The notes below the pieces were generated by a model. The model saw nothing but the letters and a program-made list of their open reading frames with translations. It did no database searches and was not told the origin of the DNA. This document shows, piece after piece, positions 25,847-40,125 of a stretch of 64,000 nucleotides of DNA; the first letter of the stretch is position 1, and each line of letters starts with the position of its first letter. Where the stretch lies: contig NC_134032.1 of the NCBI RefSeq assembly GCF_964204645.1, positions 12,698,275 through 12,762,274 of the forward strand. Reading direction: 5' to 3'. Source of the DNA: Tubulanus polymorphus. Taxonomy: Eukaryota > Animalia > Nemertea. The position numbers were made by a program, and so were the translations under genes.

Positions 25847-26851
25847 ATGACGGCCACCGGCGATGGAAATAACCAATCGGCGACGGTCGTTTTCTACAAA
25901 GTTCGAACTATTCGTTATTGGGGCGCGTTTCTCGATTCGAGCAACACGGCCAGCTGGTTACAACCGATAACCCTCGGTCTATTCGTTATTATCTACGTCA
26001 TGGGTATGGTGGGCAACTCTTTATCGTGCGCGGTAATGGTCTTCACGCCTATGAAACGACATTCGTTCAGCGTTTATATATTTTTCCTCTCGGTCAGCGA
26101 CACGCTCGTCTTGAATATATGCCTTTTACGTTGGCTGTCGTACGGTTTCTTCCTGACCGGCAGACCCACTCCGATCAGAATCGACAGTTTCATTCGCTGT
26201 AAACTGATCGAATACCTACCGATAGTCGTGACTATGATCAGTTCTTGGCTGATCGTGCTCGTTTGCCTGGAGAGACTGGTCGCCGTCGTCACGCCGTTCC
26301 TGGCCAAACAAATCTGTCGCCGGCGAACTTCGCTCATCGCTTCGTGTTTCGTTTTCGGTTTCTGTTTTACCTCGACCGCCTACATGGCCGTCTGCGTCGG
26401 CTATGATCACGTGATACATTCCTGCGTGTTCGAATGCGACATCGATTTCGCCACGAATTTCCTAGTAACTTCGATAATCTGGCAGTATCTACCGATGTCA
26501 ATCATTTCCGTATCGAACGTGTGCATCATTGTCGTTTTATGCAAATCAGTTCGCAATAGTAGTAAAATGGGCGGGGCTGGCGGTTCGAAAAATGAGAAAT
26601 CCCGACAAGTGACGGTAATGCTTTTAGTAACTTGTATCGCATTCATTATTTTCATAGCTCCCGACACGTTTTTGCACATAATCTATCCGACGGGCGATTT
26701 AGAAAACTGGTTTACGATCGACGAGTTTTTGTCGTTGTGGTGGTTGCTGAACTACACTGTCAACTTGTACCTGTACGCCATAACAGGTCGCGAGGTTCGA
26801 GAATCGTTGAAGAAAATGTTTCAACAGATTTTAAAGCGCTTATTCTCGTAA
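25847..26851 (+). CDS. Intronless rhodopsin-family (class A) GPCR, FMRFamide/sex-peptide-receptor-like orphan
   Basis: 334 aa with 7 hydrophobic segments: GMVGN (TM1), LSVSD (TM2), C at the top of TM3, ERL in place of DRY, FIIFIAP (TM6), NYTVNLYLYA (TM7); N-terminal sequon NQS. Confidence 0.9.
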   Translation: MTATGDGNNQSATVVFYKVRTIRYWGAFLDSSNTASWLQPITLGLFVIIYVMGMVGNSLSCAVMVFTPMKRHSFSVYIFFLSVSDTLVLNICLLRWLSYGFFLTGRPTPIRIDSFIRCKLIEYLPIVVTMISSWLIVLVCLERLVAVVTPFLAKQICRRRTSLIASCFVFGFCFTSTAYMAVCVGYDHVIHSCVFECDIDFATNFLVTSIIWQYLPMSIISVSNVCIIVVLCKSVRNSSKMGGAGGSKNEKSRQVTVMLLVTCIAFIIFIAPDTFLHIIYPTGDLENWFTIDEFLSLWWLLNYTVNLYLYAITGREVRESLKKMFQQILKRLFS

Positions 26852-27136
26852 TTACGATTTTAGAAATTTTGCGCCCGTGCGTCCAATCGACGAAAAAAAA
26901 AATAGAATTCCCAATCAAAACAGCAGGACGTTTCTTTTAAACACATAGTAAAATACCCCTGGCATCTACGAAAGCAAATCGACAAATCGGACCAGTTCGA
27001 TCCTTATGAAAACGACCGTCCAGGCTGCGAATTTAGAGTGATAAGACCTGACGCCCGAAAATAAACTAATGTTAACTCTCCCCTACACGTAGATACTGTT
27101 GTTTCTTCATATTGACTACTCATTTTGCCGACGAAG

Positions 27137-27277
<141 letters not shown>

Positions 27278-27568
27278 TACGTACTTTCAAATAAAACCAG
27301 TTAACCTACGCTGTAATACTACCTGTTAATTCACTGACAGTAAATCTTTTACAACTCACTGGCGATGGAACTGAATACGAAACATTATTCATCAAAAAGC
27401 ATCTTTTTAAATAAAACAAACAAACAACACCATTCTCGGAAGTCAACAGAAAGACTCGTAGCTTCGTCATCTCACCCCGAGATTGGCAAGCGAGTTCACG
27501 AGTTACTAAATCTATTCCGACAAACACCGGCTCCATCTTTCGTCTGCAAGTGGGGGTAGGGTGTAGGG

Positions 27569-27605
27569 TATATAAACTGCTGTAACTCCAGCATCTCTCT
27601 CACTC
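27569..27605 (+). promoter_or_regulatory. Alpha-tubulin core promoter
   Basis: TATATAAA at 27569-27576 and Inr TCACTC at 27600-27605, at canonical spacing. Confidence 0.75.
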
Positions 27606-27746
27606 CGATATCTCACACGCTGACTCTTCATACAGTCGACTTTGTGTGAGAGGAATCTAAAACACAACTAACATCAGCCGCTCTTCAGAATCTAAATATT
27701 CTTCTTTCTATATCGATTAGAGACAGAACAACTCGCCGAAAACATC

Positions 27747-30615
<2,869 letters not shown>

Positions 30616-30863
30616 AAAAAGGCGTAAAAAAGGAAAATCGAAACTTATCCGCACCAGAATCGAGTTGACTGAGTATTGATGTAAAATCTCTGGGGCCAGT
30701 TTCACAGTCATGGCTAAATCTATCTAGCTAAAGAGTACGAATTGATGTTTCCAATTTTTCAAGTCTAATCGGTCAAATTCAACGCACAATCGTGGAACCG
30801 AGTGCGGTTCAATAGTTATGGGTTAAGTGGATTTTGACCAAATGAATATTTGAATAGAAAACG

Positions 30864-30919
30864 TACAGTGGAACCTCGTTGTAACGACTTGAAGTTCGTC
30901 GTAACGAGGTTTCAATGTA
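30864..30919. mobile_element. Tiny Tc1/mariner-type MITE remnant
   Basis: TA-CAGTGGAACCTCGTTGTAACGAC ... GTCGTAACGAGGTTTCAATG-TA. Confidence 0.55.
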
Positions 30920-31745
30920 TTTTGGCAGAGAGCTGACGCTTAGACACAATTAGTGTGGAACTGGTTCGTATGGGTTGGATTAGACCCGAATGCCCAGTCG
31001 ATAAATCGAACCCAAAATTAACCTCTGTAGACTGTAGACGACTGGTGTAGACGACGCTACAAAAAACCCTGAACACCACAGACCTCAGTTACCAAGTATT
31101 AAATCTTGTTGCACATTCGTTTTTTTTAGAAAATGAATATGATACGTTTATGTCTTCCAATAACCACGAACATTTTCTGAGAAAGATATCTCTGGGATTT
31201 TTTTATGAAACGAAAGTAAAATGACATAAAAGTTTTAAAAAAAGCACTTCGTTAGAAATTCGCACACGAAGAAAACTGTAATTTCTTTTTTTCAAGTTAA
31301 GTAAGAAAAACATTGATTTGTGAACATTGTTGTGATTTTTTTTCGAAGAATGTCTTCCAGCATGCATGAGGTACAACAAATGAAATAAAGACAAATTAGT
31401 TGAAATAATAAGTGTTCAGCATTTTGGACGTCCATTGTTAACAGACGTAATTTGTGAATTAATTTTGGATTGAAAATATTTAGAGTCGGGGAAATAAGAA
31501 GGAAGTCGATGAAGTGTCGATCATATGATGGCGGTAGGTCCAGGGTGCCGATTGGTGGTTCCTGTTTAGGGTATGAAATAAGATCTTTGCAAAAGAAACA
31601 ACGGTTTCTCCGCAGAATTGTGGATATTTATTCGAAAAAAGAACATTTTAAATACTAGGTTAAGTCAGATCTTAAATGGAAGCGAATGAAGTATCCGGTC
31701 CGATGTCCGTAGCAGTCCGGCGGGAAAGCCGAGTTCGATTTCCGG

Positions 31746-34700
31746 TCAACTCATTTCTAAAATAACAAAACGTGGAGACGATTTGAAAGAAGCATTTTAT
31801 ATCGTTGAAACTCAATTTGAAGTTGATGTTCACACAGAACGTCTCAATAAATAGGAAAATGAACAATTTGAAACAAACTGTCACACAGTTATATGTAAAC
31901 ACATTTAACATGAATTAAACTTTTTAGTTTCCGGGACATAAGAAATGTCCCACATGTTTGCGTGGGGTGGTGCGTGGGAAATATCCGCAGGACGCCACAA
32001 TTTCGGATGTAACGACAAACTTATTTTCACGTGTTAAGCGAACAATGAAAGAACCTCAGAGTTCGATGAACCGTTAAAAATCCAAAACAAATATTTGATG
32101 TTTGGCTTATGTTACAACTATATCTGTCAGAAAATCGATCGCGTCTGAGTTTTTGTTGGCTTTATTTCTCAGTGGAATAAAAACGCAGAGGTCATCAGCC
32201 TCCCTCACTGACGCCCATCCACACCTGTCGTAGGCTTGGTGCGTGCGTACTTACTTGACCAATCGGGAAAAATTATTTGGTATTCCTGACAACGGTTTCC
32301 GGTGAAACCCTCCGGGCAGCTGAAATATTCAAGAGGAAAATCAATCTCGAAAGACGTGAGTATAATGTGTTTCTTTTACTTTTATATTCCTCCAATTTCA
32401 AGTTACTTTGAATATGTTTTTGATACCACGACTGTTCAGCTGCGCGGCCGTTGTGAATCGTTACGGCGTCAATAATAAAAAGATTTTTTCATTGTAAGGT
32501 TTCACTTTGCTTTAAGCTACTCCGCATAGCCGTCCCCAAGAGGGTACCGGTATGTGGGTGGGAACGACCACTTTTGGCCCCAGAGTGTTTTCAAATGAGG
32601 AAGAATGTATCATTTATACTTAATAAATTACGCGATTTGTCAAGTATAAGAAGAATTTAGATTTGAATGTATTTTTAGAACGGGAACACAGCTTTAACCT
32701 ATTAATCTATCAAACACGTACGTAAGAACGTAATAAGAGCCTTGGTTGTTTTACTATATTCGACCCTTGGACGCCCTTGCTCTATGACAAAACTTACTGG
32801 CAGCCGAGGACTCGAGCCGATCCTAACTGAATAGCGAAACATTTCCCTCCGTTCAGACAGGCAGTTTTGGGGATTTCTTCCGGAATGCATTCATCCCTGT
32901 AATTAGGCGGATGCGTCGTGACGTCATCACTAGTCGTGACGTCACCACCGCCACTCCCGTTGTCGTCGGTGGCAGACGGGTTTTTGTAACCGTCTATGAC
33001 GTTTTTAATCATCTCATTGTATTCTCGGTCGTTGGCAGTTTTATATTTCTCGTTCATCGTCGATTCTTCTACAGCCGCATTATCTTCGTCGTTTCTCGTA
33101 TTTGCCGAATCTAGAATTTCTTGTGTGATGGAAAAAGAATGAATTCAAAATCAACTAGATATTATGTATATAATTGTAATTCTGTATGAAGAAATTTGTA
33201 GTTTCGTGGGTTTTGAAAATTCAGTTCTACAAAATTCAAATATTCTCTATCGAAATCTCTTTTTTCTCTATTACAAAAATCCATTGAATAATGTGTCGAA
33301 AAACTTCACGTGAACTAAAATCAATGAGAGAGGATAAACTGTGTCCGCTTACGTCTGTCTACGCTGGCAGTTCGACTCAATTTGTCGTGTATGGATGTCA
33401 AATGTGTCGGTTTATTATAGAAATTAATAATGATTTTACTATATTGAGGAACAGCTGTGTTGCTGAATCAATCTATCGACCTAGAAATACTGATTTGAGT
33501 TGAATCTAAATGTCAGCTGCTAATTAAGATATTGACAATAAATGTGCGTCATCAGCTGATTAAATAAATCGAAAAAAACTAGCGTTGAAAAATAACTAGA
33601 TCGATTACAAAATGCATGGGATCCTGTCATTATTGGGGCTGATATCGTGAAATACAGTAGGCTCGGTCCCTTAGTACGGTAAAAAATTGGGACTGGAGAA
33701 ATTCTACCCCGAGTTGGTATCAAATAGTTAGTAAGCTTTTGTGCGAGTAGACTCTGTCTCTTACTGCGGTTAAATTGCGACTGGTGAAATTCTAGTCCGG
33801 GTTGGGGTCATATACTGGAGTAACAGTTTGTAAGAGTTTGTGAAATACAGTAGAATATATCAAGCTTTAATTGAAGATTTTGTTATTGTGTAATATATAT
33901 CTCCCCTATTGACAACCTTGGTGATATAATCCTCTTGACATCCTCACCGACAGGGATTCGAACCTGACGGTATCGAGATTGCCACGGTACGAAAGGTTCG
34001 TGCCGTGGCTGAGTGTAGCGATGCCACCAGGTTTGAATCCCTGCCGTGGGAGGATGTCCTCTTGGGTGCGCAAACAACTTTTAACTGACGACTTCAATTT
34101 GCATCATACATGATTTTCTATGTTAGATAAATGTAAAAAAGTGTGATTATCATCAAAACCGTATCTTTATTGGCAATAAAGTCTGATAAATGTGGTTAGG
34201 ATGTGATTAGGGGATAAAAGATATAATGTGTTCTTTTCTCGTTTGTAAAAAACTTACCAAATATTCTTTCATCGAAGGTCTGTCGCTAAAAACGGAAATA
34301 TTTGATTTTAAATCGGGAAAAACGGGTCACAAAGCGCTTGAGTCGCTTCCCCTGTGCACAGCTTCTGCCGTTACAAACGAACGAACCCTCTAGAATAAAA
34401 CATTCTACACATGAATAGGATAAAAACCACTATGTACAATTATGAGAATTTAAAATCGAGAATTTATTTCTAAAATGTAAAAAACACGACGTTTCGATCT
34501 CACACAAGAGATCATCGTCAGGTGTGAGATATTGACAGTTCTCGATTTTTAATTATTTTTATTTTACATAGGGGGTTTTTATCCTATTATCCGTTCACCA
34601 CGTTTGAGTGTGGTTATCGTGCTATTATAAGTTTTAAGTTTAAGTTTATTGAAATAGACCATCATGGTCCTTAATTTCATACAATAAATTTCTACGAATA

Positions 34701-35508
34701 CTGTACGTTCAGAACTATACATTACATTTCGGAAAATATAAAATATAATATGTCCATCTTACTCGAGTTGGTGTCAAATACCAGAGTGAGAGTTTGCGAA
34801 ATGCGCTAGACCCTGTCTCTTACTCGGTACAGATAAATTCCACCCCGAGTTGAGATCAAATCGAGTAGAAGTGCGAGAAGTCTCTTCTCAGGGTATAAGT
34901 TGAGACTGGTTAAATCCTACCCCGAGTTGGTGTCAGTTACCTAGTAAGGGTTTGTGAAATACATTGGCCCTGTCTCTTACTGCGGTCAAGTTTGTCCGAG
35001 TTGCTTTCAAATACTGAGTAAGAGTTTATGAAGTACAGTAGACTCTGAATCTTACTGTGGTAAACTTGAGAGCGCGGTAAAATTCTATCACGAGTTGGAG
35101 TAAAATACTGAGTAAGAGTTTAAGAAATACAGTAGACTCTGTCTCTTACTGCGGTCAAGTTTAGACTGGTAAAATTGCAACCCGAGTTGGTTTTGAATAG
35201 CGAGTAATAGTATGAGAAATACAGTAGACTCTGCATCTCTTACTTATAAAGGGTTAAGTTAAGAATGGTAAAATTCTTCAAATACTAGAGCATAGAATTA
35301 TAGCAGGGTGATTGAAGATCGTGTTTGATATAATTAGCAATAAGACACTTTTTTTCAATGAATACTGCTTTCAGTGCAGAGATTGTAATTCAGTAATGTA
35401 GTGTTTATCCGTACAAAACACACGTACCTTGTTAATTCCAGAATCGGGAACACATGTCACCAACAGGAAACATACCACGAGCACCGCAAACCGAAACAAA
35501 ATCCTCAT
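31746..35508 (-). CDS. Secreted single-EGF-domain protein, EGFR-ligand-like (about 165 aa)
   Basis: Phase-consistent exons 35508-35428, 34285-34258, 33110-32798, 32319-32255 and 31756-31746. Signal peptide MRILFRFAVLVVCFLLVTC, acidic spacer, then CIPEEIPKTACLNGGKCFAIQLGSARVLGCHCPEGFTGNRCQEYQIIFPDWSKMS*. An intron falls between Cys4 and Cys5. Confidence 0.85.
33650..33855 (+). repeat. Repeat family C
   Basis: About 2 units matching 34760-35280. Confidence 0.75.
33937..34058. mobile_element. 122-bp foldback element with 5-bp TSD and tRNA B-box-like arms
   Basis: GACATCCTC...GGGATTCGAACC...GCCACGGTACGAA / TTCGTGCCGTGGC...GGTTTGAATCCC...GAGGATGTC; CTCTT at 33932-33936 and 34059-34063. Confidence 0.7.
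34484..34526 (-). ncRNA. Minimal type I hammerhead ribozyme (Penelope-like element type)
   Basis: Minus strand reads cacac CTGACGA t GATCTC ttgtgt GAGATC GAAAC GTC gtgt: conserved core, 6-bp stem II, palindromic ACGT stem III, GUC site, ACAC/GTGT stem I. Lies between inverted repeats at about 34411-34463 and 34539-34588. Confidence 0.75.
34760..35280 (+). repeat. Repeat family C, about 6 tandem ~90-bp units
   Basis: GAGTTGGTGTCAAATACTGAGTAAGAGTTT..GAAATACAGTAGACTCTGTCTCTTACTGCGGT repeated. Confidence 0.88.
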
Positions 35509-36458
35509 AGCCTTGAATTCGATATCCAGGCCGGTAGGTCAAGTGTAACGAGGATAGAAATCCGGCGTGATTTCAGATATGTCGTCAGGACCAATTGAAA
35601 ACGGCACCTTTCATAACGACGTATTGTGTACGTAACTCCGAAATCGATTTTCCCCTGATAACGTACTATTTAACACGAACTCGTAACGGTTGACGGTTAA
35701 TTTCAAATTTCAAAATTTTCATAATTTCGATATTTGAAATCATCCGCGCATACGCGAAAAAAAACCTCGAAAGTGTCGAAGCTACGAGCGATGTCTTTCT
35801 AATACGTCCGACGCCATCGACGAAATCGATTTCGGCTCCTTTTCCCGATTCGAATAAGTAAAAATAACCGACTTATTTAATCATTTGTCCGTTAAAATTT
35901 AGATTTCAAATATTATACAGCTCGCATATGTGGTACCTAAACAGCCAGATCGAGCAGCTGGCAGCTTTCCCTTTATTCAAGAGAGATCTGTGACGTTAAT
36001 GCGACTGGATTGTTTATATCGTATTGGCCTTTATGAATTTATACTGAATATAACAGTAATATGCATATCGTAGAGCATCGGGATTTTTGGATTATAATGA
36101 ACAAATTTGAATAACATCCGCCTATTTCAGCAAATACGGGCGACATGTCTGGAAAACTTCCGTCTTTCATATACAAAGTATACTTCGATGTAAAATTGGA
36201 TCCGTGAAATCGAATTTGATAAGGAAAAAGCCAGAATTCGTTTGAATGAAAAATTATTATTTCCATGAATTGAAAAGGGGAAATGTTGTTTTCACTAATA
36301 GCCCTCATCCCGGTTCAAAATATCCGTATTTAAGACAAACCTGGTCATGGCTTCACGAATCAGGACTTCACCCGAGACACATGGCTGTGGAATCGAACTG
36401 CAGCAATAGAATTGTCTCACAAACCATCGATTTTTGAAACTTCGTTGATAAAATGTTT

Positions 36459-36560
36459 AATGTCTGGTGTTTGTAGTTCATTTGCAATAGAAAATAACCC
36501 AGGTCAAAGTCCTGAACACATGTGAACTGTGGATGATCAGTTTTTGGAAGCGTGTCAATA
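36459..36560 (-). repeat. Repeat family B
   Basis: AATGTCTGGTGTTTGTAGTTCATTT...GTCCTGAACACATGTGAA.TGTGGA.GATCAGTTTTT. Confidence 0.75.
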
Positions 36561-36845
36561 AAAGAAAGCAACGATTTTTTTTCACAAAAATTCTAAATGG
36601 AAAATTCATTACTGATCATTGAAAAATCGGATATGTTTTTTTCTGAATACGCAGATTTTTAGGCCAGTTTTCTGTTTTTGTTTTTCACTGGTTTTCTAGT
36701 CCCAACTGAAAAAAAATAGTTTAACAAAATCTGCTTTCACAAATTTTCTGAAAAATGAATATTCAAACCCGCAACATCAGACTTTCGCATCCTTGGTAGA
36801 ACTCTGACACGTGGTATTCAGTAGCCAATAGACTTACCATCGTCG

Positions 36846-39004
36846 TTATGCCGTTAGATGGGAGGAATTTGCTTCTTAGGGAATGATCAATTTAACTTAC
36901 TAAAAAACCTAGTTACTGACTAGGTGTCTCAGTCATGGCTTCGACGGACGGCAATATCACAACACAACACATGAAATGCTGGTCCAGAATTCATACAATA
37001 TGTTAGTACGATATATGGATATATTTACCTGGTACTTCTTTGATGCACCGGACCATCATACTGCAATGTTTACAACCGTTGGAATAACAACTCTCAGTAA
37101 AGATCATCATCACCGCATTTACAAATTTATGACTGTTCCTAAAAAAACCATTTTCAACATCGAAATATGATGTTCAAACCCACGATAATTATAAACCGCG
37201 CGATCCAGATGCACAAAACTGCTTTTTGTGAAAGTGGGTCCGGTTTACGACCGGAACCAGTTCCACAGTTGCCAGTTGGATTCGACTGTGAATTTCAAAC
37301 ACTAACTACTTCTAACTGAAAGTTTAAAACTCATGACTCGCAACTGTGAAACCGGGTCCTGATAATGACTTACGGAGATCGTAGCGCACAGGCAACTGCG
37401 GTCCATCCAGAAGGGCACCGAGCTGATGGGTCTTTCTTCATATTACTGAATTCCCCTATCGTCAAAAATTGTCGCTGCGGACTTTTAGGTATACACTCGA
37501 TAATCGCCTGTACCGAAGAAAAACAAGGATTTATGAATACAAATTGATCAGGAAAACCACATGTTGAAAAGAACCATATTTCGTGAAAAACAGCGTTTTT
37601 TAGTCCGGCGAAAAAAGAATCACCGATACCGAAAAAAACTTACAGTTTATACCATATCATATCATAATTTACCGTCAATTGAAGGCCTGTGACTAGACAG
37701 CCTCTTGCTTTGAAACTAAGTGTATTCGTGAGTGCCCTCTTAGTGTTCATATGAGGGTGCTGTCTACCATTTTTCTTGGTGATTTAAAGTTTTCTTTTTT
37801 AATTTCGTAGTCAAATTTCTTCTCAGAAGTCCTGATGGCTATTCTCTTTAGATTCTAATGATGAATGAATTTATGACCATAGGCACAAGACCCCCTTAGA
37901 CATTGATCATAGAAGCAAATCTGCTGTAGGCGACCTACCCGGGTAGTTCCCTTTGGTGACTTAGCGTTGCGGGAAGTACACGTTGAGTTGTCGGATTCGA
38001 AAAGGGCACCGTCGCACCTGTTCGAGCACCTGCAGCTAACCATCACCATATCGCTCGGGCAGCTCACTGAACTGAAAGAGCTGTCTGCCTCTGTTGAGGG
38101 TTCACCTTCGTAAACAGTGGTGTTCCAACCTGTTCAAAATACAAGGAAATGTAGGGGTTCATAGTTCGAACTTTAAGACTCGCACTGCCTTGTCTCTCCA
38201 TTCAGGGGCAATTATTGGGGGCACCTAGCCTGGACTCCTGAACACAGAGTTCTGTAGCTCAGATTAAAACTTGGGGAATATCATTTTGGAGAACAAACCC
38301 TAGACAGCATCTTTTCTTTCCTTTTTGAAGATCAAAATTTTCCACACCTGTGGGGTTCGTGCATTTAAACGACCGTAAGACAGCTGTATAGAGCGAGCCG
38401 ACGCAGTTTTAGCCCAGCGCGTCGAATCATGCAGACGGCTCCGTTTAGAAATGATCCATCTTAGCAATGATGAATTGTACATCGATATACGTAGCCACAA
38501 AATAGCAAAGCAACATTTTGAACATTTTCACACAGAGAGTGACAAGAGATTACAAACATTGTCCTTTCATCGTTCAATACCGATTTATAGACAACGCGCG
38601 CCTAAACAATTGCGAAATGTTACTCGGAACTATGTAGTTGGGTTGAATCAGTTCATCTTAGAAATAATTACACAAGAGTCGATTTCAAATCAGAACGGTT
38701 AGTACGAACTAATGTTCGACTCGATGTTAGTTAAAATCTATGCGGATAAAAACCTGGGCCGAATTTCAGTTGCGATTTAAATTCTACTCAATCTGAGGGT
38801 TTAACGATAACGATCCCTGAAAAGTTAAAAAGTTAAGCTGCTAATAGAATGTGTTTGAAAAAACTTACGGCCGAAGTAGGCAGGCTGAGTCAGCGAGGCT
38901 CCCGTTCGAAGTGCATGTTCCAGACGCCACGCCGCGGTGAAATTAATCAACAAGTAAAAATAAATCGCGCCAATAAAAAACGCCTGCGAATATAACTGTT
39001 TCAT
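36846..39004 (-). CDS. Secreted Cys-rich protein with resistin/PCSK9-CHRD-like modules (possibly a decaying gene)
   Basis: Phase-consistent exons 39004-38869 (signal peptide MKQLYSQAFFIGAIYFYLLINFTAA), 38129-37939, 37507-37374 and 37138-37029, with a tentative last exon 36874-36846. Modules: SVSCPSDMVMVSCRCSNRCDGA...TCTSRNAK...AIIEC and ARCPSGWTAVACA...CYSNGCKHCSMMVRC. The 3' end is uncertain. Confidence 0.65.
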
Positions 39005-39040
39005 ATTTTCACTAGAATTTTGGAAGAATGGTTGGACGTT

Positions 39041-39450
39041 TTTTGGGCATAGCTCGGTCAATTTTGGGACTATACACCCGAAATAAGTTTTGAACTGATC
39101 GGAACAACATAGCGACGACGTATCGAAGCCGTTACTGTATCGACGGATTGCCCAAAAGACATTATTGAATTAGGTTGGAAGCGTTTTTTGAGATTTTTAC
39201 GTTTTGTCGAGGGGACAACTTCAAACTCTTCACCCTCAAAAAAAACCTTGAAAACATGTAAAACGGTGTTATCCTGACTGTTTATTACGATACACATTTT
39301 GCAATCCGTCAAAACAGCTTGAAACACCGATAAAATTCTGCTGGCTATGGCACACCGCCATTACCCCCGTGAAGCTGGCTCCCGGTTCCTATCAGTTTAA
39401 GACCTATTCCGGGTGTAGTGCTACCAAAAATGACCGAGCTATGACCAAAA
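39041..39450. mobile_element. Non-autonomous DNA-transposon-like element (imperfect ~65-bp inverted repeats)
   Basis: TTTTGGGCATAGCTCGGTCAATTTTGG..ACACCCG..AACTGAT at 39041-39105 is mirrored at 39385-39450. Confidence 0.6.
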
Positions 39451-39727
39451 TCAACTCATAAAGCACGTAAATGGATCGTGTACGACTGAAATGTCACGCG
39501 ACCACTGGTAAGCTAAACGTCAACTCGTTACTATCGAGTTGACGTCATTCGTTCTCTCCATGAAATATTCATTTTTTCGTTTTCGAGACATTTTGCCGAT
39601 AATTTCCTTTTTTCGGAACAGATATATCGAAACACACAGCAACAACCCGATGCCGAACAGAAATTGGAAATGTCAATAGCAAGTTCATGAAGTGCTTTGT
39701 ACACTATATCCTGGACCTGCTGCCAGG

Positions 39728-39842
39728 GCCTGCAACCCTCAGCTATTCTGCAGCCTGGACCTGTACCCCTCAGCTATTCTGCAGCCTGCACCTGTACCCC
39801 TCAGCTATTCTGCAGCCAGCACCTGTACCCCTCAGCTATTCT
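39728..39842 (+). repeat. 31-bp minisatellite, about 4 copies
   Basis: CCTGTACCCCTCAGCTATTCTGCAGCCTGCA tandem. Confidence 0.9.
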
Positions 39843-39967
39843 AGCTAATGTCAGGTGTTTGTATATGCAGTACATTTTCAAAGTTTTCTTGGATAATGTG
39901 CTGAACAGATTCTCAAAGAATGGGGATGAAATGATTTATAACGCCTCGTGTGTGTAGATCATTTTCA

Positions 39968-40125
39968 ATTGAACACAGATGTGAAGTGTGGACGATCAGT
40001 TTTTGAAAGTGTGCTGATAAAATGTCTAATGTGTCGTGTTTGTAGTTCATTTTCAATTGGAAATGTCTCAGCAATAGTTCTGAACACATGCGAAATGTGG
40101 ACGATGAGTTTTTGAAAGTGTGCTG
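39968..40125 (-). repeat. Repeat family B
   Basis: TGAACAC..ATGTGAAGTGTGGACGATCAGTTTTTGAAAGTGTGCTGA twice. Confidence 0.8.

Noticed and set aside
33953-34041. tRNA gene
   Set aside because: Only B-box/T-arm words within a palindrome; no cloverleaf
36039-36308. 89-aa minus ORF as a terminal exon of the Cys-rich gene
   Set aside because: The pyrimidine tract ends in CAA rather than CAG, and the phase does not match upstream exons
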